Positions 40,468 through 50,166 of a stretch of 64,000 bases of DNA are shown in pieces. The notes beneath the pieces were generated by a model that searched no databases, was not told where the DNA came from, and was given only the letters and a program-made list of their open reading frames with translations. The stretch lies in the NCBI GenBank assembly GCA_035577985.1, contig DATJZY010000025.1:66229-130228 (forward strand). Direction: 5' to 3'. The first letter of the stretch is position 1, and every line of letters starts with the position of its first letter. The translations under genes and the position numbers were made by a program. The DNA comes from Candidatus Eiseniibacteriota bacterium. Its GTDB lineage: Bacteria; Desulfobacterota; Binatia; DP-6.

Positions 40468-41343
40468 TCAAGCCGAGGTTTCGAGGGTACCGGAGCGCCC
40501 CGATGACGCGAACTCCTCGATCGCGCGGGCCACCTCTTCCGGGTACTCCTCGTAGAAGAAGAGCTTCGCGGCCGGCACCGAGCGGAACCCGGCCACGTTC
40601 GGAAACTGCGGGACCATCGCGCGCGCGGGCCCTTCGGGGAACGTCGGGTCGTCCGCGCCCCAGACGAAGAGCACCGGCATCGTGAGGCGGCGATGGAGCT
40701 GCGCGAACTCGTCGAGCCGCGTGAACTTCATCTGCCGCAGGAACGTCATCGTGCCGGCGATCCGCGCGTCGGACGCGACCAGCGGCGCGATGTGCCGCGC
40801 GTGGAAGTCGCCCGCGATGCGCCCGAGGTCGTGGAAGCAGCCGCCGAAGCCGAGCGGCGAGCGCAGGAAGAGCGAGGACTTCATCAGCTGGCGGACGACG
40901 GCGCCGAACCCGGGCACGTGCGCCGTCACCTGGTACATCGGGATCCACGGCGGCCGATGACCGGGGATCTCGGTGTTGGTGAGAACGAGGCGCGACACCC
41001 GCGAGTCGATGAGAGCCAGCTCGCGCGCGATCCAGCCCCCCGTGTCGTTGCCGACGAGCGCGTACGACGGGACGCCCAGCTCCGACAGGACGCGCTGGAA
41101 CGCCCGCGCCTGCCCCGGCGAGCCGTAGTCGTCCTCGGAGGTGCTGCGCGACTCGCCGAGCCCGATGAGGTCGAGCGTGTAGCACGTGAAGCGTGGGCGA
41201 AGGTGCGCGATCACGCCGTCCCAGGTGTGTCCCGAAAGGGGAAACCCGTGCAGGAGGACGATCGCGGGGCCCTGGCCGTCGCGGCGCCACTTCACGGACG
41301 CCTCGCCGGCTCGCACGATGCCTTCGCTCGGTGCGTTCTCCAT
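40468..41343 (-). CDS. Alpha/beta hydrolase (epoxide hydrolase/haloalkane dehalogenase-like fold)
   Basis: LLHGFPLSGHTW (HGxP), nucleophile elbow GNDTGG; start at MENAPSEG (an upstream in-frame ATG also possible). Confidence 0.7.
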   Translation of the reverse strand: MENAPSEGIVRAGEASVKWRRDGQGPAIVLLHGFPLSGHTWDGVIAHLRPRFTCYTLDLIGLGESRSTSEDDYGSPGQARAFQRVLSELGVPSYALVGNDTGGWIARELALIDSRVSRLVLTNTEIPGHRPPWIPMYQVTAHVPGFGAVVRQLMKSSLFLRSPLGFGGCFHDLGRIAGDFHARHIAPLVASDARIAGTMTFLRQMKFTRLDEFAQLHRRLTMPVLFVWGADDPTFPEGPARAMVPQFPNVAGFRSVPAAKLFFYEEYPEEVARAIEEFASSGRSGTLETSA

Positions 41344-41402
41344 CGCCGTGGAGCACATGCCCCCGGCACGACGGTGTCGCAACTGCGGGCGCCGCCGTGC
41401 CG

Positions 41403-41647
41403 TCAGAACGTCACGCGTGCCAGGACTCCGCTGGCGGAGGTGGACGACGGGTCGAACTGCGTACCGACGAGGAACATGTCCGGGCCGATCGCTGACCTGA
41501 CACGTCGCGAGATCCGCGAACGACGTCCCGCCGGACCCGCTGGCCGTCCAGACGGGCGATCCGCGGTGCAGCGATCGATGGCGCGGGCGTCGCCGCGAGG
41601 GAGAGCGCGAGCGCGACGAGGGCTCGGGACGGGGTCCGATGTGGCAT
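41403..41647 (-). pseudogene. Candidate small secreted protein gene with apparent frameshift
   Basis: Strong SD GGGAGGAG then ATG 41647; signal-peptide-like N-terminus (ALVALALSLAATPAPSIAAP) in one frame; GC3-biased C-terminus (...GPDMFLVGTQFDPSSTSASGVLARVTF*) in a second frame ending 41403. Confidence 0.25.
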
Positions 41648-41729
41648 GGGAGGTATCTCCTCCCACGGGGCTACGCGCGAGGCGCGGGGATGGATGACGG
41701 TGCGAGCGGCCTCGTGCTAGACGGCTCCG

Positions 41730-42665
41730 ATGAGCCCTGGCGTCTCCGAGGCATGGCCGGCGCTTCCGCTCGAGGCGTGGAGCGACACCTACGCCACGCT
41801 CCACATGTGGTCGCAGATCGCCGGCAAGGTCCGCCTCGTGCAGAGCCCGTGGCTGAACCACTCCTGGCACGTGACGCTCTACGTGACCGCGCGGGGGCTG
41901 ACCACGTCGCCCATCCCGCACGGCGTACGCGCGTTCCAGATCGACTTCGACTTCATCGACCACCACGTCGCCGTCCGCGTGAGCGACGGCGGGACGGCGC
42001 GGGTGCCGCTCGAGCCGCAGTCGGTGGCGTCGTTCTACCGCCGCCTGATGGACGCGTTGGATGGGCTCGGCCTGCACGTCGACATCCGCACGCGGCCGAA
42101 CGAGGTGCCCGACCCGGTCCCGTTCGATCGCAACGAGGCCCAGCGCGCCTACGATCGGGAGTACGCGAACCGGTTCTGGCACGCGCTCGTCCAGGCCGAT
42201 CGCGTCTTCAAGATCTTCCGCGCGCGCTTCATCGGGAAGTGCAGCCCCGTGCACTTCTTCTGGGGCGCGCCGGATCTGGCGGTCACGCGATTCTCGGGAC
42301 GGCGCGCGCCGGAGCACCCCGGCGGCGTGCCCAATCTACCGGACTGGGTGACGCGCGAAGCGTACTCGCACGAGGTGAGCAGCTGCGGCTTCTGGGCCGG
42401 CGGCGGTGCGGTGCCGCACGCCGCGTTCTACTCCTATGCATACCCGGAGCCGCCGGGATTCGCGCAGGCCAAGGTCCGGCCGGGCGCGGCGTTCTACAGC
42501 ACCGATCTGCGTGAGTTCCTCCTGCCCTACGACGCCGTTCGCGAGGCCGAGGCGCCGGACCAGACGCTGCTCGACTTCCTGCAGTCCACGTACGAGGCCG
42601 CGGCGATCGCAGCCAAGTGGGATCGCGCCGCTCTCGAGCGCGCGGCCGAGCCGCACCGGCCGTGA
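41730..42665 (+). CDS. DUF5996-family conserved hypothetical protein
   Basis: N-terminus WPALPLEAWSDTYATLHMWSQIAGKVRL matches my recollection of DUF5996; 311 aa, GC3-biased. Confidence 0.5.
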   Translation: MSPGVSEAWPALPLEAWSDTYATLHMWSQIAGKVRLVQSPWLNHSWHVTLYVTARGLTTSPIPHGVRAFQIDFDFIDHHVAVRVSDGGTARVPLEPQSVASFYRRLMDALDGLGLHVDIRTRPNEVPDPVPFDRNEAQRAYDREYANRFWHALVQADRVFKIFRARFIGKCSPVHFFWGAPDLAVTRFSGRRAPEHPGGVPNLPDWVTREAYSHEVSSCGFWAGGGAVPHAAFYSYAYPEPPGFAQAKVRPGAAFYSTDLREFLLPYDAVREAEAPDQTLLDFLQSTYEAAAIAAKWDRAALERAAEPHRP

Positions 42666-43291
42666 GCAGATCGTACAACCAGGTTGCCGGCACGAGCCTC
42701 GAGCGCATCGCGGCCCTGAGCGACGGGCTCTTCGCCATCGCCATGACGCTGATCGTGCTCGAGATCCACGTCCCGGTGCGCGAGAGCCTCCACACCGAGG
42801 GTGAGCTCTGGTGGGCGCTGGTCGCGCTCGGCCCGCGCATGGTGACCTATCTCATGAGCTTCCTCACCCTCGGCATCTTCTGGGTCGGGCAGCAGACGCA
42901 ACTGAACCACTTCCGGCACGCGAACCGCCACCTCACCTGGATCCACCTGGCGTTCCTGGCCCTGGTCGCCTTGATGCCCTTTTCGACCGAGCTGCTGGCG
43001 GAGTTCATCACCTTCCGCACGGCGCTCCTGGTCTACTGGCTGAACGTCGTGTTCCTCGGCGTCGTGCTCTACGCGTCGTGGCGGTACGCGCGCGGGGCCG
43101 CGCTCTTGAGGCCGGAGACGACGGACGAGATCTCCGACGCCGTCGTGCGCCGCATCGCCGTCGCCCAGAGCCTCTATGCCGTCGGCGCGGCACTCTGCGT
43201 CCTCGGCACCGGGTGGAGCATCGCGTTCATCGTCCTCGTGCAGCTCAACTACGCGATCGCACCGCGCTTTCTGTCCGACGCCCTCGGTTAG
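42662..43291 (+). CDS. TMEM175/DUF1211-family membrane protein (putative K+ channel homologue)
   Basis: LERIAALSDGLFAIAMTLIVLEI (RxxxFSD-like signature helix) repeated in the second half (TELLAEFITF...); GTG start overlapping the upstream TGA. Confidence 0.6.
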   Translation: MSRSYNQVAGTSLERIAALSDGLFAIAMTLIVLEIHVPVRESLHTEGELWWALVALGPRMVTYLMSFLTLGIFWVGQQTQLNHFRHANRHLTWIHLAFLALVALMPFSTELLAEFITFRTALLVYWLNVVFLGVVLYASWRYARGAALLRPETTDEISDAVVRRIAVAQSLYAVGAALCVLGTGWSIAFIVLVQLNYAIAPRFLSDALG

Positions 43292-43323
43292 TCGACCGAC
43301 CCGAGACGTAGTCCTGGGTCGGC

Positions 43324-44094
43324 CTACTCGACCGGCACGACGAACCCTTCGCTCTCCTCGGTCTCGACGTCCTCGATGGAAACGCGCGCCTCCCGGTACG
43401 TGCCAGGGGGGTAGACGAGGAACCCCACGGCCGACTGCTGGGCGGCGATCGGCTTCGGTCCGAAGAGCTCGGCGCGGAGCTTGCTCCCGGCGGCGTTGCC
43501 CGCGATCGCAGCGTCGAGGGCGCCGCCCGCCAGGGGCTGGCGCGACGTTCCGTCGGCGTCGACCAGCGAGAGGCGTGGCGCATCCAGACGCACCTTGCGG
43601 TCGGTGTTGTTGCGGACGGTCACCCGGACGGGAACGGCTCCGCCGACGGTCGCGACGTCACCCAGGTCGAGCTTCGCCTTGAAGGTGCCGATCTGCTCGA
43701 CGAGCACCTGCAGACCGACGCTCTTCCACGGCGTCTCGACGTCGGGTCGCTGGACGAGCGTCTTGAAGCTGTAGCCGAAGGCCCGGCTGAACTCGAAGTC
43801 GCCGGGAAGGAGGCCTTCCTCGACCGGCTGCAGGTCGGCGCCCTGCGCCGTGCACCGGATCACGACGCGGCCGGACCGTGCCTTGCCGTCGGGACCGACC
43901 TTCGTCCCGGAGACCATACCGGAGCTGTTCGGCGTCGCTTGCACGAGACCGGTCACGGTGTAGCCCATGGCCTCGAAGGTCTTGTTGGCCACGCGGGTCG
44001 CTCGATCGCAGTCGAGACCCGGCCGGTCGATGGCGTACTGCGTCGGCGCCGGGCAGGCGGAGAGCAGAAGCGCGAGCGCCAGGAGACACCGCAT
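43324..44094 (-). CDS. Hypothetical lipoprotein
   Basis: MRCLLALALLLSAC lipobox; beta-rich sequence. Confidence 0.5.
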   Translation of the reverse strand: MRCLLALALLLSACPAPTQYAIDRPGLDCDRATRVANKTFEAMGYTVTGLVQATPNSSGMVSGTKVGPDGKARSGRVVIRCTAQGADLQPVEEGLLPGDFEFSRAFGYSFKTLVQRPDVETPWKSVGLQVLVEQIGTFKAKLDLGDVATVGGAVPVRVTVRNNTDRKVRLDAPRLSLVDADGTSRQPLAGGALDAAIAGNAAGSKLRAELFGPKPIAAQQSAVGFLVYPPGTYREARVSIEDVETEESEGFVVPVE

Positions 44095-44659
44095 GGTCGC
44101 CCTCTGCTACATTGACGGCGTCGTGACCGTCTACACCCTCGGGCACTCGACGCTTTCCATCGAGGCGTTCGTGGCGCTGCTGCACGAGCACCGCATCCGC
44201 GGGCTGGTCGACATCCGCCGCTTTCCCGCCTCGCGCCGGCACCCGCACTTCAGCCGCGAAGCCCTCGAAGCCGCGCTCGGGCGCGAGCGCGTGCGCTACG
44301 ATTGGATCGAAGCGTTGGGTGGGCGGCGGCCGTCGCGCCCCGACTCGCCCCACGTGGCGTGGGAGGTGGAGGCCTTCCGGGGCTACGCCGACCACATGGA
44401 GACGCCGGAGTTCGCGAGCGGCATCGCGACCTTACTGCGGATCGCCGGCGAGCGGCCGACGACCGTGATGTGCGCCGAGGCGGTGCCGTGGCGCTGCCAT
44501 CGCCGGCTCCTGGGCGACGCGCTCGTCGTCCGTGGGGTCGAAGTCGTGAACGTCGGGCCGGGCATGCGCGAGCCGCATCGGCTGACGCCGTTCGCGCGTG
44601 TCGATGGCAAACGGCTCGTCTACGATCGCGGCCGGCAGGGACGCCTTCCGGGAACCTGA
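44093..44659 (+). CDS. DUF488-family protein
   Basis: VTVYTLGHSTLSIEAFVALL...DIRRFPASR...W.EALGGRRP...VMCAE..WRCHR are DUF488 hallmarks; true start may be a downstream GTG. Confidence 0.6.
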   Translation: MVALCYIDGVVTVYTLGHSTLSIEAFVALLHEHRIRGLVDIRRFPASRRHPHFSREALEAALGRERVRYDWIEALGGRRPSRPDSPHVAWEVEAFRGYADHMETPEFASGIATLLRIAGERPTTVMCAEAVPWRCHRRLLGDALVVRGVEVVNVGPGMREPHRLTPFARVDGKRLVYDRGRQGRLPGT

Positions 44660-44700
44660 TCCGCCTGGCTCCGCTCATCCCCTTCGGCCATAATCCGTCG

Positions 44701-45648
44701 ATGCGTCCGCAGGTTCTGGTGGTGAGCCACGGCCCTCATTGCCTCGACGGCGTCACCGCCGCGGCCGCGGTCGCGCGCTACTTCGACGACGCGGCCGAGG
44801 TCACCGCCACCTTCGCGTCGAACAGCGAGATCGATCGCGTGCTCCAGGGGTTGCGTCCGGCGGCGAGCCGCGACACCGAGCTCTGGATCACCGACATCTC
44901 GTGGCGCGAGGCGGCGACGGACGCCCACTTGCGGAGTCTCGTCGCCGACGGCGTCCGCATCTACTGGATCGATCATCACCGCACCGCGCTCGAGCGCGTC
45001 CGCGCGGGCAAGGTCGACGTTCCCTTCGCGGGTACGGTGCTGTCCGAGGACTTCGCGGCGTCGCGCCTCGTCTTCGACTACCTGCAGGCGCGTGCCGCAC
45101 GGGAGGGACGACCGCATGTGCGCCTCGCGTCCTTCCGCCCCACCGTCGCGATGGCCGACGACAACGACCGCTGGTTGCACGAGATTCCCGGATCGCGCGA
45201 GCTCGGATGGGTCGTGCGCGCGCTCGGCCCCGACGCCTATCCGGATTTTCTCACGCTCGATGAGCGAGTTACGTACACGCCGCGCATGGCGGCGGCGCGC
45301 GACCGCGTCGGTGCGGAGATCGCCCGCAGCTTCGAGGTCGCCGAGCGCAGCCGTGTCGAGCGCCGCGTCGGCGACACGACGCTCGTCACTGCAATATGCA
45401 ACGGCCACCCGAGCGAGATCGCCGACGCGTGGGGGAAGAAGCTTTCGCGAGCCGTGTTCGCGCTCTACGACGCGCAGAGCCTCGCGGTGAGTCTTCGCCG
45501 CTCGCCCGACTGCACGGTCGACCTCTCCAAGGTGGCCCAGGCGCTCGGCGGCGGCGGGCACGCGGCCGCCGCAGGCTGCGAGCTCCCCGATCTGCGAACC
45601 GGTTTCGCCGCGCTCGTCGCAGAGGTCGTCTCGAAGGCGCTCAAGTAG
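44701..45648 (+). CDS. DHH/DHHA1-family phosphoesterase (NrnA-like)
   Basis: VVSHGPHCLDGVTAAA (DHH N-terminal motif), IDHH, C-terminal GGGH (DHHA1). Confidence 0.7.
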   Translation: MRPQVLVVSHGPHCLDGVTAAAAVARYFDDAAEVTATFASNSEIDRVLQGLRPAASRDTELWITDISWREAATDAHLRSLVADGVRIYWIDHHRTALERVRAGKVDVPFAGTVLSEDFAASRLVFDYLQARAAREGRPHVRLASFRPTVAMADDNDRWLHEIPGSRELGWVVRALGPDAYPDFLTLDERVTYTPRMAAARDRVGAEIARSFEVAERSRVERRVGDTTLVTAICNGHPSEIADAWGKKLSRAVFALYDAQSLAVSLRRSPDCTVDLSKVAQALGGGGHAAAAGCELPDLRTGFAALVAEVVSKALK

Positions 45649-46123
45649 CGATTCGAACGGCGAAATTCCGCCCTGGGGATCGGGGCAGGAGTCGAGGTGG
45701 AAGCCCGAGAGCGATGCCCCGCAGACCGACTCCCCGCGCGAGGAGCCCCACCCCAAAACTCACCATCTCTCGGGCCTCCACCGCCACGCCTCGCGTTTCC
45801 ACATCCTGTGGAGACGCACCCCAACCCAGCCTCCGCACTCGTCTGCACCGGCCCGGCGTGACCATGAGCTCGCACGCGTACCGCGAACGCTACGACGTTG
45901 GTCGCAGGAACTCGTGCGCGAACGACGACTCGACGGGAACGACGGAGAGGAGCAAACCGTGTGCGGTGAAGCGAGCCGGCTCTTAACGCAAACTCGTCAG
46001 TGCTGTCAAGTAGAAAAGATATCCCACGCGCCAAAAACGCGCGTTTCCGTTGCGGAAAAATTTTTTCGTGACGCGACGAGCACGTGGACTTGTAATCGAC
46101 GTGACTCGATGTAACAAGCGAAC

Positions 46124-47278
46124 ATGTCGGAGCGCGTGCGGGTCGGCGTCCTCTACGGCGGACGCTCCGGCGAGCACGAGGTCTCGCTTCGCTCCGCTGC
46201 GACGGTGATTGCCGCGCTCGACACGTCGCGCTTCGAGATCGTGCCCATCGCGATCGGCAAGGACGGTCGCTGGCGCACGGGCATCGACAGCCTGCGACTT
46301 CTGGACGAAGCGCAGCGCGACTTGCATCCGCTTCCCGAACACGGCGTCGAGGTGACGATCGCACCCGAGCCGACGCGGCGGGCACTCGTGCCGCTCGGTG
46401 GCGGCGGGCCGATCGTGCTCGACGTGATCTTCCCCGTGCTACACGGCACGTACGGCGAGGACGGAACCATCCAGGGCCTCCTCGATCTCGCGGATCTGCC
46501 GTACGTCGGCTCCGGCGTCCTGGCGTCGGCCGTCGGCATGGACAAGCCCCTCATGAAGGCGGTGCTGCGCGACGCCGGGCTGCCGGTGTGCCGTTGGATC
46601 GTGGCGCGACCGCGCGAGGAATCGCCCGACGACATTGCGGCGCGCGTGCACGCCGAGATCGGCTTCCCGTGCTTCGTGAAGCCGGCCAACCTGGGATCGT
46701 CGGTCGGCATCGTGAAGGTGAAGGCGGCGGGCGCACTCGCCGCCGCCGTCGCGGAGGCGGGCTCGTACGACGTCAAGATCATCGTCGAAGCCGGCGTCGA
46801 CGCGCGCGAGCTCGAGTGCGCGGTCATGGGAAACGAGTCACCCGAGGCGTCGGGGATCGGCGAGATCGTACCGTCGCACGAGTTCTACGACTACGCCGAC
46901 AAGTACGTCGACGGCGGCGCGCAGGTGCTGATACCGGCGCCGATCCCCGCCGAGGTCGCGGAGGAGGCGCGCGCGCTCGCGATCCGCACGTTCCGGGCCG
47001 TCGACGCCGCCGGTCTCGGGCGCGTCGACTTCTTCCTCGAACGCCGCACGAACCGCCTCTACGTCAACGAGATCAACACCATGCCGGGGTTCACGCGGAG
47101 CAGCCTCTATCCCCGGCTGTGGGAGGCCGCCGGGCGGCCGATCGGCGCCGTGGTGGAGCGGCTCGTCGACCTCGCCATCGCTCGCCACGCTGCCCGGGCG
47201 TCGCGCCGGCTCTCGTTCGCGCCCCCGACCGGTGCGCCGGCTAACGCCGCGCGACGATCGTCGGGCGGTAGCCTTTGA
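46124..47278 (+). CDS. ddl: D-alanine--D-alanine ligase
   Basis: VGVLYGGRSGEHEVSLRSA, HGTYGEDGTIQGLLDLADLPYVGSGVLASAVGMDK, ATP-grasp NEINTMPGFT. Confidence 0.9.
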   Translation: MSERVRVGVLYGGRSGEHEVSLRSAATVIAALDTSRFEIVPIAIGKDGRWRTGIDSLRLLDEAQRDLHPLPEHGVEVTIAPEPTRRALVPLGGGGPIVLDVIFPVLHGTYGEDGTIQGLLDLADLPYVGSGVLASAVGMDKPLMKAVLRDAGLPVCRWIVARPREESPDDIAARVHAEIGFPCFVKPANLGSSVGIVKVKAAGALAAAVAEAGSYDVKIIVEAGVDARELECAVMGNESPEASGIGEIVPSHEFYDYADKYVDGGAQVLIPAPIPAEVAEEARALAIRTFRAVDAAGLGRVDFFLERRTNRLYVNEINTMPGFTRSSLYPRLWEAAGRPIGAVVERLVDLAIARHAARASRRLSFAPPTGAPANAARRSSGGSL

Positions 47279-48431
47279 CCCGTAGCCCCTTGGCGAGACG
47301 GTCGGCGCTCTCGCGGCGCGGGAAGTCGCCCATCACGAGCGCCTGACCCACGACGCGTCCGCGGAAGCCGCTTCGCGCGAGCCGATTGCGCGTCGTCTCG
47401 GCCTCCCGCCGCGTCTTGTATGGCCCCAGCCGCACGACGTAGCGGGTCGAGCCGAGCTCGGACGACACGTCGGCCGTCGCTTCGGGCGCGCGGGTGCGCG
47501 ATTTCGGGATGCTCGCCACGCGGACGCCGCTCTTGCCGTCGCGAGTGGCGAGATCCTCGTCGCCCTCGGTGGTGACGCCACGGCCTCGCGAGCGGGATGC
47601 CGACGCCATGATCGTCGGCGAGCCCTCCATCGGCTCGCCGAACCCGAACGCGAACAGGCGTCGAGCATCGCCCCAGAGATCGCTCGAGCCGAGGAGGGCG
47701 ATCACGATCTCGCGCCCTCCGGAGGTGGCCGCCCCGACGAAGCAGCGGCCCGCCGCCCGCGTGTAGCCCGTCTTGCCGATGACCGGGTACGTGTAGCCGG
47801 TGAGGAGACGGTTGTGGGAATGGAGCGTCACCGTCTGCACCCGCTTCGACTGGAGCGGCACCTTGATCCGAGGCGTCTCCAGAATCTCACGGAACTCGCG
47901 GACATGGAGCCCGTAGCGGAAGATCTTGGCGAGGTCGCGCGCGGTCGAGACGTGCCCATCGGCGGTCAGGCCGTGAGGATTCACGAAGTGGGAGCCCTGG
48001 GCGCCGATCGCGTGCGCCTTCGCGTTCATGCGGGTCGCGAAGGCCGACTCCGATCCCGCGAGCCCTTCGGCGACGACGGTGGCGGCGTCGTTCGCCGAGT
48101 TCAGCAGGACGGCGTACAGCAGGTCGCCCAGGGCCATGCGATCGCCCGGTCGCAGGCCAATCTTCGAGGGCGCCGTCTCCGACGCATCGACGCTCACCGC
48201 GAAGTAATCGTCGAGCCGTCCACTCTCGAGGGCGATGATCGCGGTCAGGACCTTCGTCGTGCTCGCGGGCGGCAGCGGCCAGTCGGCACCACGCTCCCAC
48301 AGCGTCTCGCCCGACGCGGCGTCGACCACGATCGACGCGCGCGCCGTGACGTTCGGGTCCGCAGCGTGGGCGCGCGGCGCGAACGCCGCGGCCGCGGCGC
48401 CGAGCACCAGCACAGCCACCCTACCCCACAT
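47241..48431 (-). CDS. D-alanyl-D-alanine carboxypeptidase (peptidase S11) with C-terminal SPOR domain
   Basis: Signal peptide; active-site ASTTK (SxxK), SAND (SxN), KTGYT (KTG); C-terminal YVVRLGPYKTRREAE...GYRPTIV SPOR-like domain; 3' end overlaps ddl by 38 nt (convergent). Confidence 0.8.
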   Translation of the reverse strand: MWGRVAVLVLGAAAAAFAPRAHAADPNVTARASIVVDAASGETLWERGADWPLPPASTTKVLTAIIALESGRLDDYFAVSVDASETAPSKIGLRPGDRMALGDLLYAVLLNSANDAATVVAEGLAGSESAFATRMNAKAHAIGAQGSHFVNPHGLTADGHVSTARDLAKIFRYGLHVREFREILETPRIKVPLQSKRVQTVTLHSHNRLLTGYTYPVIGKTGYTRAAGRCFVGAATSGGREIVIALLGSSDLWGDARRLFAFGFGEPMEGSPTIMASASRSRGRGVTTEGDEDLATRDGKSGVRVASIPKSRTRAPEATADVSSELGSTRYVVRLGPYKTRREAETTRNRLARSGFRGRVVGQALVMGDFPRRESADRLAKGLRVKGYRPTIVARR

Positions 48432-48506
48432 CCACCACCTCCGGACCCGGACTCGACCCGTACCCCCAGACACTTAGCGCATTATTGCCTGCGGTGCGAC
48501 GAAGGC

Positions 48507-49094
48507 TCAACCCGTGACGTCGTCCTCCGCGGCCTCGGAGGTGCCGTGATACGAGCCCTCCCGGTGCTCGACCACGACCACGCCGGCGTTGCGGACGACC
48601 CGCCCGGCAGGTGGCCAGGCACCCGTCACGTGCCAGTAGGCGGCCATCATGGCGGCCCCGTGGCTCACGACGACGATCTCGCCCGCCGGGTCTTCCCGGC
48701 TGAGGCGATCGAGCACGGCGCCGACCCGGGCGGCCACCTCGACCAGAGTCTCGCCGCCTTCGGGACGCCACAGCCAGTACCGTGCGGCATCGAAGTCCGG
48801 GCGGGGGGTCGTGTAGGGCAAGCCGGCGAGGCGCCCGTAGTCCCGCTCGCGCAGGTCCTCTTCGACGACCGCGGCGAGCCCGAGTCGAGCGGCGAGGATG
48901 GCCGCGGTCTCGCGGGCGCGGGCGTACGGGCTGGTCACGATCCGCCGTGGCTCGTAGCGGCTGCCGATCCAGCCGGCGGTCGTGCCCGCCTGCTCGCGAC
49001 CCCGCTCGGTGAGGCCGACCGCCGGCGTCGCCGTGAACACGCGATCCCGGTTGCCCTCGCTTTCGGCGTGGCGCACGAGGAGCAGGCGACCCAC
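48507..49094 (-). CDS. Histidine phosphatase (phosphoglycerate mutase-like) family protein
   Basis: LLLVRHAESEGN (RHG-type motif); 195 aa. Confidence 0.8.
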   Translation of the reverse strand: MGRLLLVRHAESEGNRDRVFTATPAVGLTERGREQAGTTAGWIGSRYEPRRIVTSPYARARETAAILAARLGLAAVVEEDLRERDYGRLAGLPYTTPRPDFDAARYWLWRPEGGETLVEVAARVGAVLDRLSREDPAGEIVVVSHGAAMMAAYWHVTGAWPPAGRVVRNAGVVVVEHREGSYHGTSEAAEDDVTG

Positions 49095-49098
49095 GGCC

Positions 49099-50166
49099 CT
49101 AGGCCTCGCGATTCACGCGGTCGATCAGTTGGCGCAGCCGCCCGGGTTGCCCCCACACGAGCGGGAAGACGAGCCGGGGCAGATCGTTCAGCTCGGGCTC
49201 CTGCTCGCGCTCGTCGGCCAGCGCGTGCGTCTGCACGATGTCGCCTCCGTGCGCGAAGAGGTCCTTGAAATCCCGTCCGAGGTCGGCGACCAGCGCCGGC
49301 GCGATCGGGCGCGTGAGGCGCATCACGAACTTCGGCCCGACGTTCCGCGACGAGTGGTAGACGCGGTAGAAACCGGCGATCTCCTCGACCGCCTCCTCGA
49401 CCGACGTCGTCACCTTGAAGAGCGACAAGTCGGACTCGGAGATGAGCTTCTTGCGCAGGAGGTGGTCCTCCACGTAGCGCAGCCATGTCTTCCAGAACGT
49501 GCCGCGCGGGCTGTCGATGAAGACGATCGGCAGCGGCCGGCCCTTGCCGGTCTGGATGAGCGTCAGCACCTCGAATCCCTCGTCCATGGTGCCGAAGCCG
49601 CCGGGAAAGAGCGCGACCGCGTCGGCCTCCTTCACGAACATGAGCTTGCGCGTGAAGAAGTAGCGGAAGGTCACGAGCTTCGGGTCGTTCGAGATGAACT
49701 CGTTGGCGCTCTGCTCGAACGGCAGGCGGATGTTCGCGCCGAAGCTGCGCTCGCGACCGGCACCCTCCTGGCACGCGCGCATGATGCCGTCGCCGCCGCC
49801 CGTGATGACCATGTAGCCGCGGTCGGCGACCTGGTGGGCGAACTCGCGCGCAGTCTTGTAGGCGGGCGCCGTCGCCTCGGTTCGTGCCGAGCCGAAGCAG
49901 CTCACCTTGCGCACGTGGCGATAGGGCCCGAACACCTTGAAGGCGTAGCGCAGCTCGCGCAGCGCGGCGTTCAGGAGCTTCAGATCGCCGGTGCCCGTGC
50001 CGTCGCGCAGGAGCTTCAGCGCCGTTTCGACCATCTCCCGCACGAACGCCTCTTCGCGCGCGAGCGCCTGATCGCCCTGGATGCGCGGCAGCAGCTCACC
50101 CAGCACGTCGCGACGCCGCCGTCCGCGAGGTTTCTGTCGTTCGGTCTTCTCGGAGGGCACCGCCAT
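49099..50166 (-). CDS. LOG-family (TIGR00730; cytokinin riboside 5'-monophosphate phosphoribohydrolase-like / nucleotide nucleosidase) protein, long form
   Basis: ITGGGDGIMRA and PGGFGTMDE Rossmann-like LOG motifs; start ambiguous (50166 or 50190). Confidence 0.75.
   Translation of the reverse strand: MAVPSEKTERQKPRGRRRRDVLGELLPRIQGDQALAREEAFVREMVETALKLLRDGTGTGDLKLLNAALRELRYAFKVFGPYRHVRKVSCFGSARTEATAPAYKTAREFAHQVADRGYMVITGGGDGIMRACQEGAGRERSFGANIRLPFEQSANEFISNDPKLVTFRYFFTRKLMFVKEADAVALFPGGFGTMDEGFEVLTLIQTGKGRPLPIVFIDSPRGTFWKTWLRYVEDHLLRKKLISESDLSLFKVTTSVEEAVEEIAGFYRVYHSSRNVGPKFVMRLTRPIAPALVADLGRDFKDLFAHGGDIVQTHALADEREQEPELNDLPRLVFPLVWGQPGRLRQLIDRVNREA

Noticed and set aside
45649-45700. tRNA or T-loop-like ATTCGAA sequence after the DHH gene
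   Set aside because: There is no cloverleaf. It lacks the GGTTCGAATCC T-loop consensus and an acceptor-stem pairing.
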